From Vicugna vicugna (Eukaryota): a stretch of DNA of 64,000 nucleotides. The stretch is from positions 10,686,184-10,750,183 of the forward strand of contig MU058844.1 in NCBI GenBank assembly GCA_013265495.1, read 5' to 3'. The number at the start of each line of letters is the position of its first letter. The stretch's first letter is position 1. The translations under genes were made by a program, and so were the position numbers. Of this stretch, positions 38,540 to 49,424 are shown piece after piece. The notes under the pieces are model-generated. The model ran no database searches. It was given only the letters and a program-made list of their open reading frames with translations, and was not told where the DNA came from.

Positions 38540-38891
38540 CTTCTAGGAGAAAGTTCCGGCCAAAGGACATGAACAGGCAATTCTAAAAGAAAGAAACACA
38601 AATCCCTCCTGACCACAAAAAAAAAAAAAAAAAAAAAAACCCTAAAAAAAAAAAAAAAAAAAAAAACCCTAAAAAAAAAAAAAAAAAAAAAAACCCTAAA
38701 AAAAAAAAAAAAAAAAAAAACCCTAAAAAAAAAAAAAAAAAAAAAAACCCTAAAAAAAAAAAAAAAAAAAAAAACCCTAAAAAAAAAAAAAAAAAAAAAA
38801 ACCCTAAAAAAAAAAAAAAAAAAAAAAACCCTAAAAAAAAAAAAAAAAAAAAAAACCCTAAAAAAAAAAAAAAAAAAAAAAACCCCCCAAA

Positions 38892-38925
<34 letters not shown>

Positions 38926-39520
38926 GTTTAATTTCACAAATAGTCAAAGAATTGAACGTAATATATTCATTTGTAAACGTGGCTAAATATAGATATGGAG
39001 GTGAGGATGCAAAGAACTTGGCAATTGGGAAGGTCGGTAGATTAGAGAAATACATTCATTACAAGGCCGAAGTGACAGAACATTTTAAAAGCTACAGAAG
39101 CACTCATTCTTCTAGGAATTTATAATAATCAATCTTAACTGTACAAACAACTTAATAGAAGGATATTTATAGTAACTTATTTACAATATTAGAAAACCAG
39201 AAACTACCTAACAGACTTCTTAAATCGTGGTAATCCATAAAATGATGTTACTAAAATTATCTTAAAGGTAAATATTTACAAACCTGGAAATGTATTAACG
39301 AGTTACATAAAAATGCAAATTAGGAAATATTATATAAAGCACATCCAATTTCTCTAAATAAGATCTTTTGTATAAATGAGGTTGGAAATATACATTTAAA
39401 AATGTTACCCTTGTGCTCGAATATTTGCTGTTTTTTTTCCCGCCTGTATGTTTAGATATTGTCAATATATCATAAACCTGAATTATTTTAAATTGCACAA
39501 AGGAAAAAAAAAACCTTGAA
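38540..39520 (+). mobile_element. Very old L1 (L1ME-like) interrupted by the poly-A array
   Basis: 'caaaggacatgaacaggcaattc...aagaaacacaaat' left of the array continues as 'aagtgtttaatttcac.aatagtcaaagaa' on the right, matching the L1 ORF2 3' end. Confidence 0.6.
38617..38923. repeat. 27-bp tandem array (A23 CCCT)x9 + A23 CCCCCC AAAC A31
   Basis: CCCT starts at 38640, 38667, 38694, 38721, 38748, 38775, 38802, 38829 and 38856. Every intervening A run is 23 nt. Confidence 0.95.
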
Positions 39521-40187
39521 AACTGTTTTGCTTCTGAGAAAACTGTATCTTGCCGAGTTCTATTTCCTAATGCCAGATTTTCAGAAAAATGCTTTAAAAT
39601 GGAATGTAAAGAGGTAAATTGCAGGAAAGAAGAATTCAGCTACATGTTTAGCAAATATAATATGCAAAATGGCCACTGGTTAAAATAGAATGGAGAAAAC
39701 ATTTTAAGGTATCATAAAGGTTAATACACTTGTGGTATAATATGAGGAAAATCAGGATTTTGGTTGCCATGACAACTTCCCTCTGCCCCTTACATTTATG
39801 CTACTTAGTAGGACTTTAATTATGTCTATCTCTAGGTCTGCAAATTGATATGGATTTCTCAGATTATATAGTGAGATAGTCTACATACTGCATAAACACA
39901 ATGATTTTTGATGAAGCACTATTTCTATCTCTATTTAGGTATTGTATTTTATAATAATGGCATACAGAATTAAAAAGCAAACAGGAGAAGGCCAAGGAAA
40001 TATTGGAAAATATATTATTCCTAAGAAATAAAAAGTATTCTAATGCAGAAATGCCCCAAACTGAAAATAATTCTTGCAGAAATGATTAGAGAGTCCAGGA
40101 GATATCACAGAATGTGTTAAGAATGTGTTTATGAGATGGAAGGTAGAACATATTGATTTTCGCCCACCAGAAGTTCCGTTGACCTTC

Positions 40188-40600
40188 TGTAAGTGTAGGT
40201 GAGAGCCAGAAGAGGATGCTGTGTGCATCTGTCTCTCTGTTTCAGGAATGAGGCCTCAGTTTCAGGGAGCACTGCCTACTGACAGCTCACAGTCAGGAGC
40301 CTCTTCTAAAGAATTGCCCTTGGGTAAAGGGAGCTGCCATGCTCAAGGTCAAACCCACTTCCTCAGGGACAGCCCACATCCAGTGACTGGTGGGTGCTGA
40401 TGTAAAGGCCAGGCTTCTTGCCTCAATTTGGCTCAACTCTGAAGGGCCCCGTGGGATAGCTGAAGGCTGTAGTTAACTGCAGCTCAATTCAGCAACTCCC
40501 TTTGCCCAAGCCTGCTTCCGCCACTCCATTACATGGAAAGCATTTCCTGGCAACCTACCTCTGACTCAGAGCAGCTTCCCAGGAAATCCCACCTGTGACA
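40188..40600 (+). mobile_element. ERVL solo LTR (LTR16-like)
   Basis: 'gaattgcccttgggtaaagggagctgcc..gctcaaggtca...cagcccacatccagtgactgg...caactctgaagggcc...cttcccaggaaatcccacctgtgaca'. Confidence 0.7.
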
Positions 40601-41338
40601 CCCACTCCGAAAGATATTTGGAAAAAAAATAAATAAATCACTGTCAAAGATTTCATTTAAATTCTTTCCAAACCCAAGGATCCTTAGCCAGTGAGTGAAG
40701 TCTAGCAGCATTATCAAAACCTTCCACAAGTTTGCAAATGTTTGAATGACAGGCTTGAGGTGTAGTGTCGCTCTGGTTTGGATAGTTCCTCTTGCTTTAA
40801 GTAAAAGAGACTATCTGGCCCCTGTCATGGCGGCAGGGAGCTGACTTCCGGCGATAGCCTCAGTAAAATGGCTAGAGATGAAAGGTGGTTTTCAGGCCTT
40901 GGAGCCACAGGAAGCACAGCAGGCAGCCAACCTTCATGAAACCATAAAATGTAAGGGCTCCCGGATCCTTTTTCTTTTTCTCTTTTAAAATTCAAAATAG
41001 ATTCAGTCACCTCTAGATTTTACCCATTTATCTCATTGCAAAAGTCTCTTAAGAGGTGCAGGGAAGATTTTGCTTAAGAGTGTGGTTCTCAGCCAGTAAG
41101 TCTCATAGATGGCTTTGCAGATTTGAACACAAATGGGCCTGCTTAGCTTTACTTTGAAAGAGGGCTCAACATGCCTCCCCAGTCCTGCAGATACCACAGT
41201 GCTAATAGGGAGGAGGTGTGCGGATTATTATGCTGAAGGTGTCTTTGGAAAAATACAAGGAGAGAGGAAAGAGTGAGCACTCACCAGCTCCATTTCTTCA
41301 GCATCCCTTATTGAATCATTGATACTTGGGGGTATGAT

Positions 41339-41428
41339 TAACATACAAAAAGCTGTGCCTATTGGATGTATACAACTTGATGAGTTAGGAAATGCGCAAA
41401 CATCCATGTACACGATCGCCACCATCTC
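41339..41428 (-). mobile_element. Short L1MB-like 3' fragment
   Basis: 'atgtatacaacttgatgagtt.ggaaat..gcaaacatccatgta.ac.atc.ccaccatc'. Confidence 0.6.
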
Positions 41429-42139
41429 CCGTTCCCGGCTCTGTAGAAGCTGCTCCCCATGTTCCCTCTCCCTTCTGCCACGCCTGTCTCCCTGCAGTCT
41501 CCTACAGCCAGGCTGGCTTTCCCTCTCCTATCTCTCTGCCCTGTCTCTCTTCTCTGATCAACATCCTCCTGCTCTTCTCATCCCTCTTTTCTTTCTTCTT
41601 AGTCTCTTTTTTTCCTCCAAAGGGGGGATCCATACTTAGTTATTGGTAGGTCTCATTTATTATGTACTAGGTACTTGATGCACGTTATGAGTGCTTAATG
41701 AGCCCTCTGTTTCACGTAGAGACAGAGAAAAAGAGATAACATGCTCATTGACACAGGGTTAACAGGTGGTGGTGGAGCCAGGGTTCCCAACACAGCTCAC
41801 CCCTAGACTCATATCCTTATCACCAGGCTTCCCTCGGGTCATCCTCTTTCCTTGCCCTAGTTTTGCATTCTGAGTTTCAGTACGTAGTATCCTGCAGATG
41901 CTAATTTTGATAGTGATCTGAGTCTCTGTACCTTGTAATCTAGAGAGCGTAATGAGAAGTAAAACCTACAGTGTAGGTGTACTAGGTTCCACCGTTTCCA
42001 GAATATTTGGATTTACAGCCAGTGGCGATGAATTGTCTTGCTAAGTCTGCTCTGCCTTCCTAACGAGACATGCGTGGAGGAGTGAAAAGACTGATGCTAC
42101 AGAGTGATGTGGGGCCCCTGTTGTGTAGCTTTGGAACAA

Positions 42140-42520
42140 TAGATTTCCCCCCACATTTTTATGTCTCTGAACTGGGGATCTGCCTTAGAATCTAGGGTAT
42201 CTTACTATTGCTGTCCACCAGGCTTGGGCACCGCCGACTTTCTTCTTACTCCATTGATGTTCCAGTAACAGATCATTTAAAGGACAGGAGAGGAAAGGAG
42301 CTGAGTCCTGGCTGTGGCCTGAGCTTTCTATTTTGAGCCTATACAACCCAAGCTAGCCGGATGAGAGTCAAACAGCTTGGAAGGTTTTAGAGGCACTAAT
42401 GGAACAATATTTAAAGAAATGCTTTCTCTAACCCTCTTGAGGGCACAAAGGAAAATGGTTTGTAAGAAACTATGGGTGCCATCAACTCCGAGTTGAGAAA
42501 AGACTTAGAAATCTTAGGAC
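42140..42520. mobile_element. TcMar-Tc2 (Kanga/MER104-like) DNA transposon relic
   Basis: 'cacatttttatgtctctgaactggggatctgccttagaatc' and 'ctcttgagggcacaaagga' resemble remembered Tc2-family consensus. Confidence 0.45.
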
Positions 42521-43924
42521 TTTATTAACCAGTCTCTTTTGCTTTTATCTTCCTTTCTTGCATGCATAGAAGTGACACAAAATAAAATCTGTCTACATAA
42601 GTCAATGAAATTTCAGCAAGTACAAAATAAAAATTCATGTGACGGGCAACTGTTTTTTGACATAATTCAATTTGCAGCAGTTTTTTCTTGGTAGTGTTTA
42701 AAATAATGGTTTCTTTTGGTACACGAAGTAGAGATTTCCTAAAGAATGAAGAGAAAGCATGAGCCTTGTTTGCAAATAATGTATTATAAAGTAATGAACT
42801 GTATAAAATTTTAAACAAACTGAGTTTCTCATTCCCAGAAGATCAATCACCACAATTACATTTAGCAATTATAGTTAGCATAAATTTCAGAAGAACTAAC
42901 TAAAATAAAAATGAATCCATGAGCCAAATGAAAACTATACTCATTGCTAAATTATTTCTCCCCACAGACCTATAATACAGAGAGTAAGAGAATGGAAACA
43001 AAGCTCATCCAAGTCAAAATCCAAGTATTGAATTACTGTAATAATGAAACAGAAAATCAAGATTTCTTAAACAAATGGAAAATTCCCCACTTCAAACAGG
43101 GAAAGAAATCTTGGAGATTGGGATACCAGAGATGTCTCTAAAAGCACTGAATAATAAATTCACCAATGTAATGTTACTTTTCTAACCCACTTATTGTATA
43201 CCCACTTTTCCACTAATGTGGTGTCAAAAATTGTCATTTATTTTTCAAAGCACCACTCAGTAATGGAGAACTTTTGTAGCTTTAAAAGGCCTCCCAAGAT
43301 TTTGCTAAGAATGGCAGGGGCATGATCAAGAAAAGGCAGCAAACAGCCTTTTCAAATGCATTATGAAGACTTCAAGTGCATTTGTCATGTTTGGAAAATG
43401 ACTCAGCAAGGGTCAAAGTCTCTTTTCCTTTTTAATTAAAAAAGGTAGACATGAAAACCTAGAGACGGAGTGGAAATTTTACGTGGGTCGGTTTAACATA
43501 GTTTTCATCAACAATGCTCATTGTGTACAATATTAATTGACATGACCTCTTTAGCTTTTTACACAGTAAGATAAAGCTAGGTGCTTCTGGCAGTTTTTGA
43601 AGACATACAGGTTAGCTGGATGAAAGTAATTGGCTCTCAAAATGTTTTCTATAGCAGCAACAGAATAATCATGTGGAATTCCCAGTCTCCATTGCTTTGC
43701 TGAAACTCAGCTCTGAACTCTTGCTGTTTGCGAGCTGCAGGCACTTCAGAGAAAATCTCAGCTTGCAACTCAACGCCCTCTTTTATCAAACTGTGTGGAA
43801 ACTGTCATTATTTGTCACACAGTGAAGCAAAACTTTAAAATCGATCTATACACAGTTCAGATGGTGATAAACAGGATGGAAGATTCTGCAGTCTACAGTT
43901 TCAAATAGTATGATAATAAATGAA

Positions 43925-44120
43925 AATACCTAACCCTTAATAAGCCCATACTATCAGCCAGACATTTTTATAAGAGCTTTAAACACAGACGTTCATTTAA
44001 TGCTCACAAAATAAAACCTGTGAGTCAGGCAAGATTCTCTCTCTACTACAGATGAGAAAACTTACCAAAGGTTGCACAGCTGGTAGGGGCGGGAGCAAGG
44101 ATTTGAACCGATTCTGCCTC
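43925..44120 (-). mobile_element. MIR SINE
   Basis: 'tcatttaatgctcaca...tacagatgagaaaact...ttgcacagctggtagg...ggatttgaacc'. Confidence 0.75.
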
Positions 44121-44526
44121 GCTAACAAATAAATAAATAAATACATGTTGAATGAATAACTTGTGTGCCTACAATGCATCCAGCATACTAGGTGCTGTAG
44201 ATTAATTGACAGTAGTTATCTACCATCCGTATGCATACAGATGGTTAAAATCCAAGGTGACATGTGCCCTAGCGGACATAATGATGGAAACAGTGCTGAG
44301 ATAACACACCACGTCCAAAACCAGGAGGATTGAAATACCTGAGTATATACTTGGGCCTGAAGGCCAAGTTTATATGCCATATATTTATATATATCAGATA
44401 TGAAATATAAAAAGTGATATGGCTGCTGCTTCCTGAATTCTACCCTCTCTTGTGTACCAGTTCATTTGAGAACATGAAACTTGAGTGAATAGACTAAACA
44501 ATTTACAAAATCGTAATAAACAGAAT

Positions 44527-45087
44527 TGTAGGTTGGCTGCTTACCTCACAGCTAGTCCTTCCTTCCTTCTGATTCTAGATCGTACACAATTTTTCAGGCA
44601 ACTCCTACCCCTTATTCCTCACTCATGGGTAAATCACATCAGTCTAGGCCAGTCATGGCAATTCTGTTCTTTTCCCCAGTGGATGATTTACGCAGTGGTC
44701 TATGATCCACTGTGGGCCTGTTGGACTATAAGAGGGTGAGTGATGTCCGTTAGTTCTTCTAACTCTTAAAAATATATGGCCAGGAAGTAATGTCTCTTCT
44801 GTTGGCTGGTGTTGTGTTTGTGTGTGACATCTCGAACTGCGTGTGACCAGGTTGTGATCTTGAGAGAGTCTAGTGAAAGAGAAGGCTGATGCTTTACCAA
44901 TAATGGAGCTGAAACTTGGTAGTAACCGTGACCATCAGGCTGGTTCTGAGCTGCTGTGTTTATTAACCCTGTAACCACCACACTTTAGAACTTCTGCAAT
45001 GGGACATAATACATCTTCCTTATGGTTTAACCTATTTTGCGTTGCATTTGCTGTTGCCTGCAGCCCAAAGCTGGCCTAAACAAATAC
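44527..45087 (+). mobile_element. MaLR solo LTR (MLT1G/J-like)
   Basis: 'ggtaaatca...gtctaggccagtcatggcaatt...aatacatcttccttatggtttaa...ctgttgcctgcagcccaaagc'. Confidence 0.6.
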
Positions 45088-48000
45088 TTTATAATAAGAT
45101 TTCCATAATAGCAAGCTTTTTTTCCTATAGGTGTATTTTCTTCTATGCTATGCCAGTTTGACTGCTTGCTAATACCCTTTACCTGTGCGCATTTGACTCC
45201 TAGATTTTGATTCTCACTAATTCTGGGAGACACTCATTACATTTTCTCCTATTCAGAACAGGGCTGGAACTTCCCTATATCTACAACTTACGGTGAAGAT
45301 CATTGTCTTGCATCCTAAAATGCTAGATAAATACAAATTGAATTGACTTGAAATACCAGAAAATTGGTTGTGTGATTCGTTCTCTCTAATTTAGAAGATA
45401 TAAAACATTTAGGTAAGGTTCTAATTTGGTACACTGTATTCATACCAAATGCTCTACCTCTTAATTTGCCCATCATTAATCAATGATGTGTGAGTAAGGG
45501 GACAGGATACAACTGTGCCTTGATCCACTTGGAACACTTTGGAAGTAAATCAAGGGGAGCCAAAAAATTGGAAAGAAAATTTGGAAGGTGGGGACCCTAT
45601 CGTGTCTATCCTGTGGCATTGTCTGCAAGCATTTCTTAGTGGGTTCCTTTTCTTTTGTTTCTCCTCCTCATCTTACATTTAAGTATCACTATGAAAAACA
45701 TGACTTGGACAAAAATCATCTGTAGCTTTTTTTTTAAACTTTCATTTGGCCAGCCATCGTACTTAATGCCATTTTCATTTGCATGTCTTAATAATAAGAC
45801 AGATGAATACACCGCAGTTTGCATCCTAGATCTTCAAAAAAGTTGGAGTTCGGTGTAATAGTTTGTGTTGAGAAGCATGATCTGTAAATGCCCTCTTATT
45901 TGTATCATAACAGGTATGCCGGCTTACTGACAGCAATATATGGCGTTAAATTGCCTTTTTATTTTCGATTCAGTAATTACAGACACTATAATTTCATCAA
46001 AATAAAGTCATTCTATAGGCAGTAATCTCATCTCTTTAGGCTTTTCCCCCAAACTTATTAATAATTTGATATTATGACATATTGAAAGAAAACTGAAAAG
46101 TGATCTAAAGTACTTGTAGTGAGTGTGCCCAACTTCCTCTTTGAAAGTGACTGGATGCCTTTTAATCTCAAAACGTGACATTACCACATTATTTTTAATA
46201 TTCTCCAGTAGAACCATCTCTACCTTACAGGAAAGCAACAGATACAGGGAAGATTTGCAACTTTCCCTACTGTGTAGCCCAAGATCGTTGATGGTTAGAA
46301 CCTCAGGTTTGTTTCATCAGTTTGGTCATGAACTATGATGCATTTTGTGGGAGAGAAGTGTTTATATTTAGTCCAACTTTTTTTTTCCTTCCATGTCATG
46401 AATAGGCAACTGCTTTTCCTTAAAACAGTTAAGAGCAATAGCTGAATCAACCAATAACCAACTGACAAAGGAGACGTTTCGGAGTGAAGACACACTATTA
46501 CGAATTCATCTCTGAAAGTCATATTTCAGATAAACTAACACTTTTGTTAAGCTAGAAGTATACTGATAGCATGAATAAAATATGATTGTTGATTTCAATC
46601 AACTAAGTCACCCTGTATTACAGAAGGTGAGATGCAGAATCCAATAGGAGATACGACTTAATATCATCCCATTTGTTTACCAGAGATTTTGCTTTTAGAA
46701 AGCACTCTGGGGCTTTTGCAATCAAAGACAAACATCAGTGAAAAACACCACCACCACCACTCTCCCAAACTGAAAGATTGTGTGAAAGTTTTGGGCCTAA
46801 CAAAGAAAGAAAAAAAGAAAAAGCAGGAATGCCAGCAAAGCATCACGACAGTTCATGGAATAAAATTATAAAATCAAACTGAAGTATGAGGAGCTTGTAC
46901 AACAGCAAGTTAAAATCACAAAGTTTTTGAGGCTAAACGTAGAAAGAATAGGCAAAACACAGCTCCACTAGAAACTTTAAAGCTGCAAAGGTAAAAATAA
47001 TAACAGCACACCTAAAGGAAGAATAATTCATAATGAAATGTAGGAATTAGGGTGTTCTAAAAAAAAAAAAGATGAAATCCATTAAGGGGAGAAGGAATGT
47101 TCACAGGGTAAGTGGTACAATTAAAGGAGGCCCTGGCTGAGCACATGTGAGACTTAGGGTGGCCAGCTGGAGAGAGAGTTCAGTTCTGACTCTTGTCTTT
47201 TCTTAGCTATAAAAATAGGAGCAAACTGCTTACCTTCTAGCCCAGTGTTTCCTCATCTGTTAAAGTATAATAATATACAGCTGGTATGTTGATGATGAAA
47301 TTAGACAGTATGTGAATAAGCACATAGCAGGCACTCAATGGCAGTTAATAACTGCCTTAATGCAATGTTTAATGCATCATTAATAATGAAGATGATGATG
47401 ATGATACTATTTTGTTCCTGTAGCAAATGTACCCCAATTGCAGAGCTAGATGCAAGGAACTTCTGCTCTGACTCATGAAGGCTAACTCAGTAATATTTGC
47501 AGGTAGATTTCTCTGCTAGGATAGAATGCACAGGTGAAAGATGCCGCATTTAGTCCCTAAACAAATTCTGGCATTCTGGTTTATACATTAGTCCCTTGTG
47601 AATTGGTTAATGTGAGTCATACCAAAAGATGTTTTTTCAAAATAATTTTCCAGGCCTGTCACTTTGAAGACCAGCTCCCAGAATTTGGCTAAATTTTTCC
47701 ATCTACCTCTATCTTACCACCTTTTGTTCTGACAACATCAGTTAGACTCAGAAAGAAACAGAAAAAAATATATATATACATACACATATATATACATACA
47801 CACTTTTCTGTTTCTTGATGGAGGTTTTTTTTGTCTTCCTCTGTGGAGTAGCATCTAAATATGTATTTCAGAGTCATCAAATTTCACAGAAAATGGCAGT
47901 TGCTGCCAAAGGAATGTTTTTGGATTCTGTGTGAAATTGGCTAGAATTTCTGAAGCTCTATGGCCTTGGCAAGGCTTTGCTGGATACTAAGAGGTAGGCA

Positions 48001-49347
48001 TTCATTAGAAGACCCAGCTTGCCGGGAGTACATATATAGGGGTCACCCTTTCTTGTGGAGTGGACCATGCTGTCTTCCTGACAGAGGGGCTAACTCTACT
48101 CTCCACACCCCGGTGAGATTCCGAGTACCCTGCTCTGCTTCTCTTCCGGTCCTAAACCCTTCCCAGATCCTTGCCCACATTACCCAGCGAGCGCTCATAG
48201 TGGCTCTTTGCACCTCCGTATAAACAGGGAGCCGGTTGCCCACCCGTGAGGAGGCAATCAATTCTCCATTAATAAATTACTCCACTGCAATTACTCTCCA
48301 GGCAAAAATCCTTGATCAATTTGTTAACATCTCTGGAGTGCATTTTCCTCAGGCACTCCTGGGCTACAGTCTTCTCAGACCTGGTGTCTCTATCACTTAT
48401 TATTAAATGCTTTCTATCTCTTGGAAGGGTCTCAATTTCTGATTTGTTAGGGTACTTTCATGTTGCCCAGAGTTTTATGTGCTCACCTTTCTTTTTATAT
48501 CTTTTCTACTATTTGAATAGCTTTGGAAGGGAAGTATAAATAATCTCTGGTTAATAAGCCATCAGAACAGAAGTCCTATCTGTACTTGTAATGGAAACAC
48601 ATCATGCCTCTTTTCTCAAATACATAAGAAGACTCCTCTCCTTTATGTTGCAAAAGGGAAAAGATGAGGACTTTCATGCATTCTTACTGCATCTGTAGAA
48701 TTATGATTATCTGTTTACGTTTCTCTTCTGCCCACCAGCCTCTGAGCCCTTTGAGTTTGGGAATCGGGTCTTATTCGTATTTTATATTTGCCATATTCAC
48801 AATGTCTCAATCTCTAGCATGGTATGGTAGAAATCTGAATGTGTTTGGGGTATATATTTATAATATTTATATAAACAAATACTGTATTTCTCTGGTATGA
48901 GGGAGTGAAATGTATACATTTAGGTAAACTTAGGTGAAGTTGCCCCTATTCTTCATTTTTCTTTGGTTTCATGAGGAGGCTCTGGATCCATTTCCGAGTT
49001 TTGCATGTTAGGTGGATTAAGTTCAATTTTGGAAAGAACTGGTCATAGGAGAGGTGACAGGGCATTTGAACAGTAAGAATGGCGGCTGGTTTCAAATCCC
49101 GAGTGAATATAAATCCTACACAGTATAAGGCACACTTTGTCACTGGATCTTTTTCATGACAAAATGCTGACAGTGAAGAGCGAAGGCAGCTGGTAGACAG
49201 AAAAAGGATACGGAGCATTCCGTGTGGAAAGAAAGAACACGTAGTTGCCAAATCATGCTGTTATTCATGATAGCAAGTAAAGAAGCCAGCCAGCATTTTG
49301 CAGAGGGCGTTAGAAAGCAAAGTCTCTGTAGAAATCAGCTGATTCAG

Positions 49348-49424
49348 ACTTTGTAGTGCCTTCCAGACGTGGTAAGAAAGGTGTGTACTTTGTAGTGCCT
49401 TCCAGACGTGGTAAGAAAGGTGTG
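49348..49424. repeat. Perfect 38-bp direct tandem duplication (period 39)
   Basis: ACTTTGTAGTGCCTTCCAGACGTGGTAAGAAAGGTGTG at 49348-49385 and 49387-49424. Confidence 0.95.

Noticed and set aside
38617..38923. Array as a CRISPR locus or interstitial telomere
   Set aside because: The DNA is mammalian, the 'spacers' are identical homopolymers, there are no cas genes, and there is no tandem (TTAGGG)n.
38467..39055. Poly-Phe ORFs (RVFFFFFFF / LGFFFFFFF repeats)
   Set aside because: They are only translations of the stop-free poly-T array.
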